From the NCBI GenBank assembly GCA_002269645.1, contig NIVC01001018.1, positions 198,648 to 262,647 on the forward strand: DNA of 64,000 bases, written 5' to 3'. The DNA comes from Macrostomum lignano (lineage: Eukaryota). Within the stretch, counting starts at the first letter, position 1. Each line of letters starts with the position of its first letter. The notes below the pieces were generated by a model. It worked only from the letters and a program-made list of their open reading frames with translations. It did no database searches and was not told the origin of the DNA. This document shows, in pieces, positions 22,566 through 32,992 of the stretch. The position numbers and the translations under genes are program-made.

Positions 22566-24851
22566 TTAAGAAACGTGCATCGAACTTCCGGTCACGAAAC
22601 CTTTCGGTCCGTGGTTCCGCGTGTAGCAGCCGCGGCAAAACACTTGGCCCTTGTGCTCGGACTCGCCGCCCGGTTCCAGCGGCTTGGAGCAGTCCTCGCA
22701 CTTGAAGCAGGCCCGGTGAAACACCCGTCCAGTGGCCTGGAGGCGCTCGTTGAAATACACCGAGCCGGAGCAGCGGGAGCACTTCTCTCCGCCGCCGCCG
22801 TACTTGACGGCGCTTGGCGAAGGTCTGGCCGTGGCGACATTTTCAACGTGGTTCCTGACCAGTGCGAGATTGAAAATAAATAAGTTGGATCAGTCAGTCA
22901 GTCAGTCAGTCAGTCAGTCAGTCAGTCAGTCAGTCAGTCAGTCAGTCAGTCAGTCAGTCAGTCAGTCAGTCAGTCAGTCAGTCAGTCAGTCAGTCAGTCA
23001 GTCAGTCAGTCAGTCAGTCAGTCAGTCAGTCAGTCAGTCAGTCAGTCAGTCAGTCAGTCAGTCAGTCAGTCAGTCAGTCAGTCAGTCAGTCAGTCAGTCA
23101 GTCAGTCAGTCAGTCAGTCAGTCAGTCAGTCAGTCAGTCAGTCAGTCAGTCAGTCAGTCAGTCAGTCAGTCAGTCAGTCAGTCAGTCAGTCAGTCAGTCA
23201 GTCAGTCAGTCAGTCAGTCAGTCAGTCAGTCAGTCAGTCAGTCAGTCAGTCAGTCAGTCAGTCAGTCAGTCAGTCAGTCAGTCAGTCAGTCAGTCAGTCA
23301 GTCAGTCAGTCAGTCAGTCAGTCAGTCAGTCAGTCAGTCAGTCAGTCAGTCAGTCAGTCAGTCAGTCAGTCAGTCAGTCAGTCAGTCAGTCAGTCAGTCA
23401 GTCAGTCAGTCAGTCAGTCAGTCAGTCAGTATTTGTTCAGCTCAGCACAGGAAATATTTGTTCAAAGAAAATGTGTTATTTGAGAGAAATTTGTCACGTG
23501 CCGTGGTCGGCACAAGGACTTCTAGACTTCTAGAAGTCCTTGGGTCGGCAGGGTGGCTTCTCAGAGAAAGCCAATGGAATGAGAAATCTCTCAGGTTTCC
23601 GCCAAAGCAAGCAAGTGTTGCTTGTGTGTCACAATTAACACTCATGGCGTTTGTCCCGCGAGGCTTGTTCTCTTTGCCCAACGCGAATAAAATTAACAAT
23701 GTGACCGCATTGAGTCATGAGGTACACATTTGGAGAGAGAATCAAAAAGATAGACGGAGAAAGACTTGCTGCCAGTTTGTCTTTAGCAAAGTAGTATTTA
23801 AGTAAACAAGAAGCAAGGCTCTGCATATTGGCATTGCCAGTGTCTGAGGAACTCGACCTGTTGTGCAATTTTAGCAGCTGAATGCAAGGAGAAGGCAGGA
23901 AGTTCGTGTTTCACTTGCTATATGACGAATTGGAGCCTTTACATGTATGCCAAGCTATATTGCAATATATTAGCACAGGAAATCAAATGCCTCAAATTCC
24001 ATTATACATGCTTAGTGAATAATTCAACCAAATTCATTTATCTCCGCAACTGCTCACTTTTCTAAGTCATTTATTTTCGATGCAAAAAATATTTTATAGA
24101 AAATTTAAGAGGTCGAATTGAATCAGGTACGCAAATTGAAAAACGAAACATTCGGTTTGATGAAATCGAATTGTAGAACTAGAAAGTGCAAATTATTTTA
24201 TGGGCGTGTGTTGTTTTAGTTTGACTGCTGAACCTTTCCTGTCACTTTTAAGTCTCAAGCTTTAATCACTTACTTTTGAACCGAAAAGCTGAAATAATAT
24301 TTGATCAGTTCCGAATACATGTAAAAACGAAATGCACGAAGTTAATAAAAATGATTAAACGATTATAGTTGGTTTCTAAGGCCGTGATTTAAAGAGAACT
24401 ATGCACTCACGGCTGCCCCTCTGATTGCAGTCCGGCGGCTCCGCCAGCAAAGCCGTATCCTTTAGGACCGAAGTTCTTAGCGTAGCAGGCCCGGCAGTAA
24501 ATCCTGTCCTCGTGGTCGTTCACCGTCGATGAGTCAAGCAGCTTATTGCACAGGCCTAATAAAGTATAAGATTTAATCCTCACAGTCTTTCAGAGATATA
24601 AAATTAAGAATCGCTTCATTTGATATTTCCTGATCTCGCGACTTTTAAGTAGTAAATATGCAATCTCTGCTACAATTAAATCGTGAGCATAAACTTGTTT
24701 TTTAATCCAAAAAGGGAAATGCTATAGAAATTTACTTACAGCATTTCAGACAAAATTTGTGGTACGAATTCCTAAGACATTTCACTTCCTCCGCAAAGTA
24801 CACTTTCTTCTTGCAGGCTGGGCATGTAGGTGAGCCACCAAATGTAGGCAT
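22566..24851 (-). CDS. cysteine/glycine-rich two-LIM protein (CSRP/muscle LIM family); exons 24851-24740, 24555-24411, 22854-22566; 181 aa
   Basis: MPTFGGSPTCPACKKKVYFAEEV..HKFCLKC | LCNKLLDSSTVNDHEDRIYCRACYAKNFGPKGYGF | GGGGEKCSRCSGSVYFNE..HRACFKCEDC..FCRGCYTRNHGPKGF. GT-AG junction phases are consistent; AATAAA at 22495-22490. Confidence 0.93.
22890..23430. repeat. (GTCA)n microsatellite, about 135 units, in CSRP-like intron 2
   Basis: Perfect tetranucleotide run. Confidence 0.98.
23513..23542. mobile_element. 30-bp transposon remnant (16+14 bp of the termini of the 26350-27400 element) with 8-bp TSD
   Basis: caaggacttctagact+tctagaagtccttg flanked by ggtcggca at 23505-23512 and 23543-23550. 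Confidence 0.85.
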
Positions 24852-25701
24852 TGTATTAGAAATATATTGTGATTGAAAGTTTTAGTAGATTTTTTAACTA
24901 AGCTATTGTACGCAATTTAAATAGCAGAAAAAAGAGAAGCAATTCGCACTACGAGATGCATGCTGAAATTTCTATCCGCGCATTATTAAATCGAATTTTG
25001 CCAAATTTTGTTTCCGTGAAAAATATTAAAACAATAAAAATATATTCAAGAAAGATTTAAGAAATTTATAACCGCGGTACGAATCTGAGTAATTTAGGAT
25101 TTTCTATAACTTTCTTCGGTTAAAATTGTTAAAACAATTAAAATAAAGCCCGGAGCTTTGAAACTACACTTTTGTAACCCTTTAGCAAGGACCTAAGGTC
25201 CTTGCCTTTTAGTAATTAGTTAGTATGCACGTATCATTTTTTGCACATACTTACAACCGTTGTGCTGCATCAGCTTTTGTTTTTACTTTGTAGCTTAGCT
25301 ATACATGGTTATAATTAGCTAAGTGAGTCTAAGTCTGGGAGTACAATATAACTGATTTTTGTGCATTTTTGCCTCCTACTGCCTTGTAAACTTATATTAG
25401 GCTATATAGGCTTAGTCTATACTTCATAATCAAAATATCCAAAATTTTCACATTTGTCATGAGTATGGCCTTGGCCTACCTAGGGCTTGACTAGGGTTTA
25501 GCTTTATTTAATAGATGTTTGCCTACCTGTAACGATGTCGTTAGCATCGTAAATTTTTAGGTTCTATCAAAAGTTTTTTTCGATTAAAGTTCAAAAAAGT
25601 TCAAAAAAAGCATTATTACTTTTTTGATAAGTCATCTTAGGTTTTTTGATAAGTCAACCAGAATTTCCCGCCAATTTAAATTGTCGCCTCGCTCTCATTT
25701 T

Positions 25702-25863
25702 GCTTACCAAAGTAATCTCGCAATTAAAGCTATACCTCGTAATTTGTACTCATTTTTGTATTAATATTTATACTCGTTGTTAGTTGTTAGTCGTCACTTT
25801 TCGTCCAAAAATACCGTAAAAATTCTGGCGCGCTTTCAAATACTTTATCTTTTACAATAACTC
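25702..25863 (+). repeat. 162-bp direct repeat, copy 1 (copy 2 at 27697-27858)
   Basis: gcttaccaaagtaatctcgc...tacaataactc, near-identical in both copies. Confidence 0.9.
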
Positions 25864-25907
25864 TAGAAATTTTCTACTCAAACACCGGCCAAAAAAATCC
25901 ATGGAAA

Positions 25908-27482
25908 ATGAATGTACTAAAGAAACTAGAAAGTATAGACCTAAAAGCACTAACTGAAGATAAACTTTCCCAAAGCTTTAATAACGAGAAATACCTAGTG
26001 AAAAAGCACCTCAAGATACACAGAGAAAGAGAACTTAGCCAAAAGCTAGAGAATCAGCAACATATTAAACTCTACAAAAACGCCTATCTCTACAAAAAAA
26101 TCTGCAGGCCCGACCTTTCAGATTTCTTTCCATGTACATTTAGAAACAAAAAATTCTTAACAACCCTCCTAAAACTGAAATGCGAGATTACACCCAACTT
26201 TTTTTCTCAAGAACCATGTAAAATGTGTGGAGCGCGAAATGGTTCTGACATTCTACACTACTTGACCGAATGTCCACAAACTGAAGAGATCAGGAAAAAA
26301 TACTTCTGTCAATACCTCTTAAATAGCAATCAAATACACAAGATAGGATCAAGGACTTCTAGACTAACAGGACGTAAAACTCAAAGATCGTGCAATTTTT
26401 TGGAGGCCACGATTTCCTGGAAAAAATACACTGCGAAGATAGGAAAAAATCAGTTTTTCGTCACAAAATCTGTGATTGTATTTGATCTGGGGCAGTGAAG
26501 ACTACCATTCTTTTAATTTAACATGCACGATATGTTACTCTATTATATTTTCATATAGCTGTGTAGTAAAGTTTTCATTTTCATATTGTTTTCACTTTAT
26601 TTCATAAGCCCAAAGTTGCAAACTCACAAGTGGCATTAGCCAAATATCAAATTCAAGAAAAGAAAAGCTATTCAAATTTGTAATATAATAATATTTTTAG
26701 CCTTTAAAATAAAAATTATAAAAGAACTAATCAATGTTTTTTCTTATAGATACCTAGTAAAAATGGTTAGGGCCTATTTTTGTGATTAAGTCTATTCTTC
26801 TTAAATCTTAGTCCTAAATATAGGCTTGGCTTAAAAACTGATAATACAGCTTTCTCAAGCCTAGGTAACCAACCATATGAAACTATGTATTGGTAATCTA
26901 TATATAATAAAAAAATCTAAATATACTAATCTTTAAGTCATTGTCTAAATTTAATTACTTATTAGGCTAGATAGTGTAGTGATAGGACTAGTTCTAGTAG
27001 GCCTAGGAATTAGTATAGTTACTAAACCTACAATAATAGCTTAAGACTAAGAGTACCTACATGCAATGTTTTTATACTTTATTTTAAAAAGAACAACACA
27101 AAAAGTTTGGCTAATGCCACCTGTGAGCCCGCAACTTTGGGCTTATGAAATAAAGTGAAAACAATATGAAAATGAAAACTTCACTACACAGCTATATGAA
27201 AATATAATAGAGTAACATATTGTGCATGTTAAATTAAAAGAATGGTAGTCTTCACTGCCCCAGATCAAATACAATCACAGATTTTGTGACGAAAAACTGA
27301 TTTTTTCCTATCTTCGCAGTGTATTTTTTCCAGGAAATCGTGGCCTCCAAAAAATTGCACGATCTTTGAGTTTTACGTCCTGTTAGTCTAGAAGTCCTTG
27401 GATAGGATATGCTACAAATGAAAAAAGAGTCAGAAAAGAGCTCACTGGTGTAGCTAAAATATATGAAGTCATGAATAGCTAA
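25908..27482 (+). pseudogene. 3' fragment of a non-LTR retrotransposon ORF2, interrupted by the 26350-27400 insertion
   Basis: CKMCGARNGSDILHYLTECP knuckle; removing the insert and one TSD restores ...QIHKIG|YATNEKRVRKELTGVAKIYEVMNS*. Confidence 0.6.
26350..27400. mobile_element. non-autonomous long-TIR element (P/Galileo-like by inference)
   Basis: About 295-bp TIRs (26350-26644 and 27106-27400) starting CAAGGACTTCTAGA; 8-bp TSD gataggat at 26342-26349 and 27401-27408; AT-rich non-coding core. Confidence 0.92.
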
Positions 27483-27696
27483 AACAGTTAAACAAACTGA
27501 ATCAGATACATCAGCAGTGTAACAAATCCGCTTTTCAGTTGTTTATTCATTTACTGTCTTTTTTAATTTCCTATATTTAAATCGTCGTTATTCGTTAAAA
27601 GTAAAATTCTTTCGAAGTATTGTTTATGTTCGTTTTTCACGCTTTGAAATATCACGCGCTTTCAAAAATACTACATCTTTTTTTTTTTACAAACTC

Positions 27697-27858
27697 GCTT
27701 ACCAAAGTAATCTCGCAATTAAAGCTATACCTCGTAATTTGTACTCATTTTTGTATTAATATTTATACTCGTTGTTAGTTGTTAGTCGTCACTTTTCGTC
27801 TAAAAATACCGTAAAAATTCTGGCGCGCTTTCAAATACTTTATCTTTTACAATAACTC
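27697..27858 (+). repeat. 162-bp direct repeat, copy 2
   Basis: Matches 25702-25863. Confidence 0.9.
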
Positions 27859-27859
27859 A

Positions 27860-28105
27860 GCAAATCGTCGTCAAATCGTCTTTATAAACTTCTATATTCG
27901 AAAATTCCAAATACATAGCTCTATAATATATTGGCCAAACAGGCTAATTGCCTGAGCCAAATTCTCTTACTACTTTATTAACTCGAGCGGCAAATCGTCG
28001 TCAAATCGTCTTTATAAACTTCTATTTCGAAAATTTTTCCAAATACATAGCTCCATAATATATTGGCCAAACAGGCTAATTGCCTGAGCCAAATTCTCTT
28101 ACTAC
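27860..28105. repeat. about 130-bp tandem duplication
   Basis: gcaaatcgtcgtcaaatcgtctttataaacttctat...aaattctcttactact occurs twice. Confidence 0.8.
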
Positions 28106-28256
28106 TACTACTACTTTGTTTCTACAGCGGAGTTAGTTTCTTGGCGTTTTGTCTCTTTACTAATAATATAATTAAATAATTAAATAAATAACTAGTCGGT
28201 AATCACATCTCGATCGAACTCGCTACGTCATATACCTATATTTCTGCCAGACCATT

Positions 28257-29099
28257 TGTGACGTTGTCAGTTTAAGGTGGTCCCGAAAAGGGCCGTTGGA
28301 CTGCTGGTTTTCCATAGTCATTCAACCCTTCAGTTTCACCGCTTCAACTAAACTTTTCCATTCGTTTATTGCGACGTTTACTTGTAGTAGTGCCCAACGA
28401 TTTTGTGGCAATTTATAATTCATTGTATATTTTGCTATCCTCTCTCGCCACCGTATAAAATTGGCACGATCGATAATTTTAAGTTCTCTCGCCAGCCAAT
28501 GAAATCACTCGTGTTCGCGCTACCCCCCTCTGCGCTCTTTTATTAAACCCCCCCGCCTGGCGGCGGGCACTCCACGCTCCCCTCGCTCTCTCTCGCTCCT
28601 CTCTCTCCGCTTGCTCCTTGTTTCCTTCCCTGCGGCCTCTTAGCTGTCTTATCTGTTTGTCTGGCTGCCTCGAGCCTCCTTATTTCTCACCACGGCCCTT
28701 CTGTCTGGGCCAGCCTGCTCACACACTTACTTGACTGTTTCACGCCACGACCGACGCCAACTCACCACTACGTTTCACTGCCTTCACGGTGCTCATAGCC
28801 ACTGCTCACGTCACGTCGCCATTGTGTCATTCGCCTGCCACTTGACTTCATATCCAAATTATATTCAACCCATTGCTGCAGCCGCCAGTGCCCAGAAAGC
28901 TATAGTCTGTTTATTGCCAGTAACAACCAAACTTAATACTGATATTAACAATAAAGACAACTACGGCAGTTCCTGCCTTTATCGCCAAGTGCTCCGCTAC
29001 AAAATCCGCTTTACAAGAATTGACTTCAACTTATTTTGGGACTAAAACGGCCCTTTTAAGGGTCACCGCATAGCTGGCCGCTACGCCAATAACGTGACA
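28257..29099 (+). repeat. 5' LTR
   Basis: tgtgacgttg...aacgtgaca; same length as the 3' LTR, no differences seen by eye. Confidence 0.95.
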
Positions 29100-29105
29100 T
29101 AATTT

Positions 29106-29122
29106 TGGAGGTCCCACCGAGA
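29106..29122 (+). promoter_or_regulatory. primer-binding site, tRNA-Thr-like
   Basis: tggaggtcccaccgaga 6 nt after the LTR; begins TGG (complement of CCA). The tRNA identity is from recall. Confidence 0.7.
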
Positions 29123-31726
29123 CTCCTACTCAGCACTGCCGGCTCGCAACTAAGTCAGCACCACCGAGACTCCTACTCAGCACTGCCGGCTCGCAACTAA
29201 GTCAGTCCCACCGAGATTCCTACTCAGCACTGCCGGCTCGCAACTAAGTCAGTGCCATCAAGACTTCTGCTCAGCCCTGCCAGCTCGTAATCAGCGCCAT
29301 CAAGACTTCTGCTCAGCCCTGCCAGCTCGCAACCAAGCGTCAGCAAGATTCTGCTCAGCTCTGCCGGCTCGTGACTGAGTGCCGGCCTGCCACGTTTCTG
29401 CCTGACGGTCCGCAAGGCTGCGAGAGCCTGTGCCACGCCTGAGGTTCGGTCCGCAAGGCTACGAGAGCCTGTGCCACGCCTGAGGTTCGGTCCGCAAGGC
29501 TGCGAGAGCCTGTGCCACGCCTGAGGTTCGGTCCGCAAGGCTACGAGAGCCTGTGCCACGTCAGGCCCAGGGGTCCTGACTGCTCGGCCGGTCTTCGCTC
29601 GTCGCCGCGAGTCGTCGCTGGTCGTCGCCCTGAGCAACGCGCGCTGTCAACTGCGTTGAGCTCGAGCTTACGCTCTGCCAAGATAGCTCCGCTGCGTGTG
29701 CCAAGCCACGCCAGGTTACGCTGTGCGCTGATTGTTTGTAGGGACTATTGCCTGACAGTTAGTCTGGGTGGTTTGCGTGATAGGACTCTCCCCTATTATA
29801 GGCTTTTTGCGGTTTGCCCCTGTCAGGCACGTTTTTTGTTAGTAGGACGCAATCTCTCTCGTCTCTCTCGCGTCGTCAACCTCAATTCGTTCTCTCTGGA
29901 ACCTTACTCTCACTCGTGGTTGCTCCGTTCGCCTCACTCGGGCTCCTGCCTGAGCTTCATCTCGCACAATGTCCGGCAACGGGGAAGACTTCGGCATGGC
30001 GCCTCCCGAGCCTGTGGCGGACCCAGTCGCCGCACAGGCAGTTAATCCACCAGCCCCAGCCACTGAACCCAGACCCAGCTATGGGCGCCCCATCTGCCCA
30101 CCCGTTAGGTACCGGGCGTGCCAGGTGTCCGGCCTGCTCCAGCTGTAGGGTGGCAAGCATTAGTTTGCTCACGCCCTGGGCAAGGCGTTAAACTACCTCC
30201 TGTGGCCCCTGTTGGCCACGGGTCCCTGTGGCCCCGCTGTTCTCCGCCTTCCGCGCCGGTTCTCTCCTTCCTGCCTGTTGGGCGCTTCCGCGCTGGTCCT
30301 CTCCCCCCTGTCTGTTGGGCGCTTCCGCGCCGGTTCCCTCCCTTCTGCCTGTTTGGCGCGCTGCGCCGTTCTCCGCCTGGCGCGCTGCGCCGTTTCCTGC
30401 CTTGGCGCCCCTGCGCGTCTCCGCCTGGCGCGCTGCGCCGTTCCTGCCTGGCGCGTGGCGCCGTTTCCTGCCTTGGCGCGTAGCGCCGTTCTCTGCCTTG
30501 GCGCGTGGCGCCGTTCCCTGCCGTGGCGCCCTGTCGCCGTTTCCTGCCTTGGCGCGTGGCGCCGTTCTCTGCCTTGGCGCGTGGCGCCGTTCCCTGCCGT
30601 GGCGCCCTGTCGCCGTTTCCTGCCTTGGCGCGTGGCGCCGTTCCTTTGCCTGGCGCGCTGCGCCGTCCTCTGCCTTGGCGCTCTTGCGCCGTTCTCCGCC
30701 TGGCGCGCTGCGCCGTCTCCTGCCTTGGCGCGTTGCGCCTTTCTCCGCCTGGCGCGCTGCGCCGTTTTCTGCCTTGGCGCTCCGCGCCGTCCTGTCTCCG
30801 CCTTGGGCGCTCCCTTGCCGGTTTCTCCCTCCCGCCTGTTTGGCGCGCCGCGCCGTGTCCCGCCGCCCTTGGCGCTTGTCGTCGTTTGCCCGCAGTTGTC
30901 CGGACTGTGTCTCTGTTTCGTGCCTCTGCTCTGCATCTTTTGCCTCATCCGTCTTGTCACCTTTGTTCTGTGCTCCTTGCCTCATCTGTCTTGTCACCTC
31001 TGTTCGTCCTGTCGTTTTTTTGTGCGTTTGCGTGCCCCGCGCGCTCCGCTCTGCGCTACTTTTGTAACCAATGTTATTCTCACTGCCATACCTACGTTGA
31101 CTTTGATTTTCACCATTCATCTACCTGTATTCATTATTTACTGCAGTCTGTTCCTTTGTTTTCGTATTCCCCTTCAGCCTCTTCACTTCTTTTTGCGAGC
31201 GTGTGAAACATCCCATTTTGTTGCGGTGCCGGACCTCGAAAGCCGGGCGCCATAGGCGTTTTTCAACGCTCTTTCTTTTCTCTGTGCCTGTTTTTTTTTC
31301 TTTGCGCCTCTGTGCGCGTGTCTGGGCGGCGCCTGCGTCCCATTGGGGGCGAGCCCATGCGGTCCACCGGGACCGGCCCAGCTGTTGAGCCGTTTGTCGG
31401 CTGGCTGCACCCTGCAGCGGATGCATTCTGCATCGTTTACACACCTTCACTCCACTGCTTCCCTCGCGTGCTAGCTCTTCTTTGTAATGTTCTGTAACTT
31501 TCTGTAATCCTACCACCTGTTCTGTAATTTGACTTCGATTATTCAGCCACTCATAAGCCTGTGGGTTAGTAATCCCTAAAGCCTCCAGTAATCATATGCT
31601 CATACAAACTGACTCAACCCCACTGTAATTCATTCTACTGTAATTTCATTTGCTGCGGTCATGCTGTGTTTTTCTTGCCGTCACCCCGCGTGTTGGTTTT
31701 CTTTTTGCGCGACCCTATCCTTTTTC

Positions 31727-31740
31727 GGAAGGGAGGCGAG
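31727..31740 (+). promoter_or_regulatory. polypurine tract
   Basis: ggaagggaggcgag directly before the 3' LTR. Confidence 0.8.
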
Positions 31741-32583
31741 TGTGACGTTGTCAGTTTAAGGTGGTCCCGAAAAGGGCCGTTGGACTGCTGGTTTTCCATA
31801 GTCATTCAACCCTTCAGTTTCACCGCTTCAACTAAACTTTTCCATTCGTTTATTGCGACGTTTACTTGTAGTAGTGCCCAACGATTTTGTGGCAATTTAT
31901 AATTCATTGTATATTTTGCTATCCTCTCTCGCCACCGTATAAAATTGGCACGATCGATAATTTTAAGTTCTCTCGCCAGCCAATGAAATCACTCGTGTTC
32001 GCGCTACCCCCCTCTGCGCTCTTTTATTAAACCCCCCCGCCTGGCGGCGGGCACTCCACGCTCCCCTCGCTCTCTCTCGCTCCTCTCTCTCCGCTTGCTC
32101 CTTGTTTCCTTCCCTGCGGCCTCTTAGCTGTCTTATCTGTTTGTCTGGCTGCCTCGAGCCTCCTTATTTCTCACCACGGCCCTTCTGTCTGGGCCAGCCT
32201 GCTCACACACTTACTTGACTGTTTCACGCCACGACCGACGCCAACTCACCACTACGTTTCACTGCCTTCACGGTGCTCATAGCCACTGCTCACGTCACGT
32301 CGCCATTGTGTCATTCGCCTGCCACTTGACTTCATATCCAAATTATATTCAACCCATTGCTGCAGCCGCCAGTGCCCAGAAAGCTATAGTCTGTTTATTG
32401 CCAGTAACAACCAAACTTAATACTGATATTAACAATAAAGACAACTACGGCAGTTCCTGCCTTTATCGCCAAGTGCTCCGCTACAAAATCCGCTTTACAA
32501 GAATTGACTTCAACTTATTTTGGGACTAAAACGGCCCTTTTAAGGGTCACCGCATAGCTGGCCGCTACGCCAATAACGTGACA
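31741..32583 (+). repeat. 3' LTR
   Basis: Matches 28257-29099 at offset 3484. Confidence 0.95.
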
Positions 32584-32664
32584 CATTTGTTTAACCTATA
32601 TCATAACCTATATCATTTGTTTAATGCCAGACTTTTTTCTTGATTGCCTTTATTAGGCCTATGA

Positions 32665-32992
32665 GGCTATGTATATCTCAGTAATCACATGTGTACCAGG
32701 AAGAACATGGCATTGAATCAAAGGTAGCAGCATTGCAGCGGTGTGGTTAGGGCCTAGGAACAGCAATCATCACACACTTCCTGGTACCACGTTCAACCAT
32801 GCCAAATACCCACTGTCCAGGCCAGTGGGCACCTTGGTAGTACTTTTGGTGAAAGAAGTAGGATTTGTCTATCTCTACATCTTTACCAGGACCACCTAGT
32901 TCCACTGGATGGTCAATTAGGTACTGAGAACAGATGTCCCTGATGAAGTTTTGCCAGTTGACAATAGCATTATGACCAATGTTGCATTGTTG
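32665..32992 (-). pseudogene. Merlin/IS1595-family DDE transposase fragment
   Basis: Manual translation: VNWQNFIRDICSQYL..ELGGPGKDVEIDKSYF...QWVFGMVERGTRKCVMIAVP, frameshift, NHTAAMLLPLIQCHVLPGTHVIT; catalytic positions degenerate. Confidence 0.85.

Larger units (their letters stand above)
28257..32583 (+). mobile_element. non-autonomous LTR retroelement (LARD-like, Ty3/Gypsy-type termini)
   Basis: Two 843-bp TG...CA LTRs, 4-bp TSD catt, PBS and PPT present, no gag/pol motifs seen in the 2.6-kb interior. Confidence 0.92.

Noticed and set aside
22732-23805. 357-aa SQSV-repeat ORF
   Set aside because: Reads through the (GTCA)n microsatellite, antisense to the CSRP-like intron.
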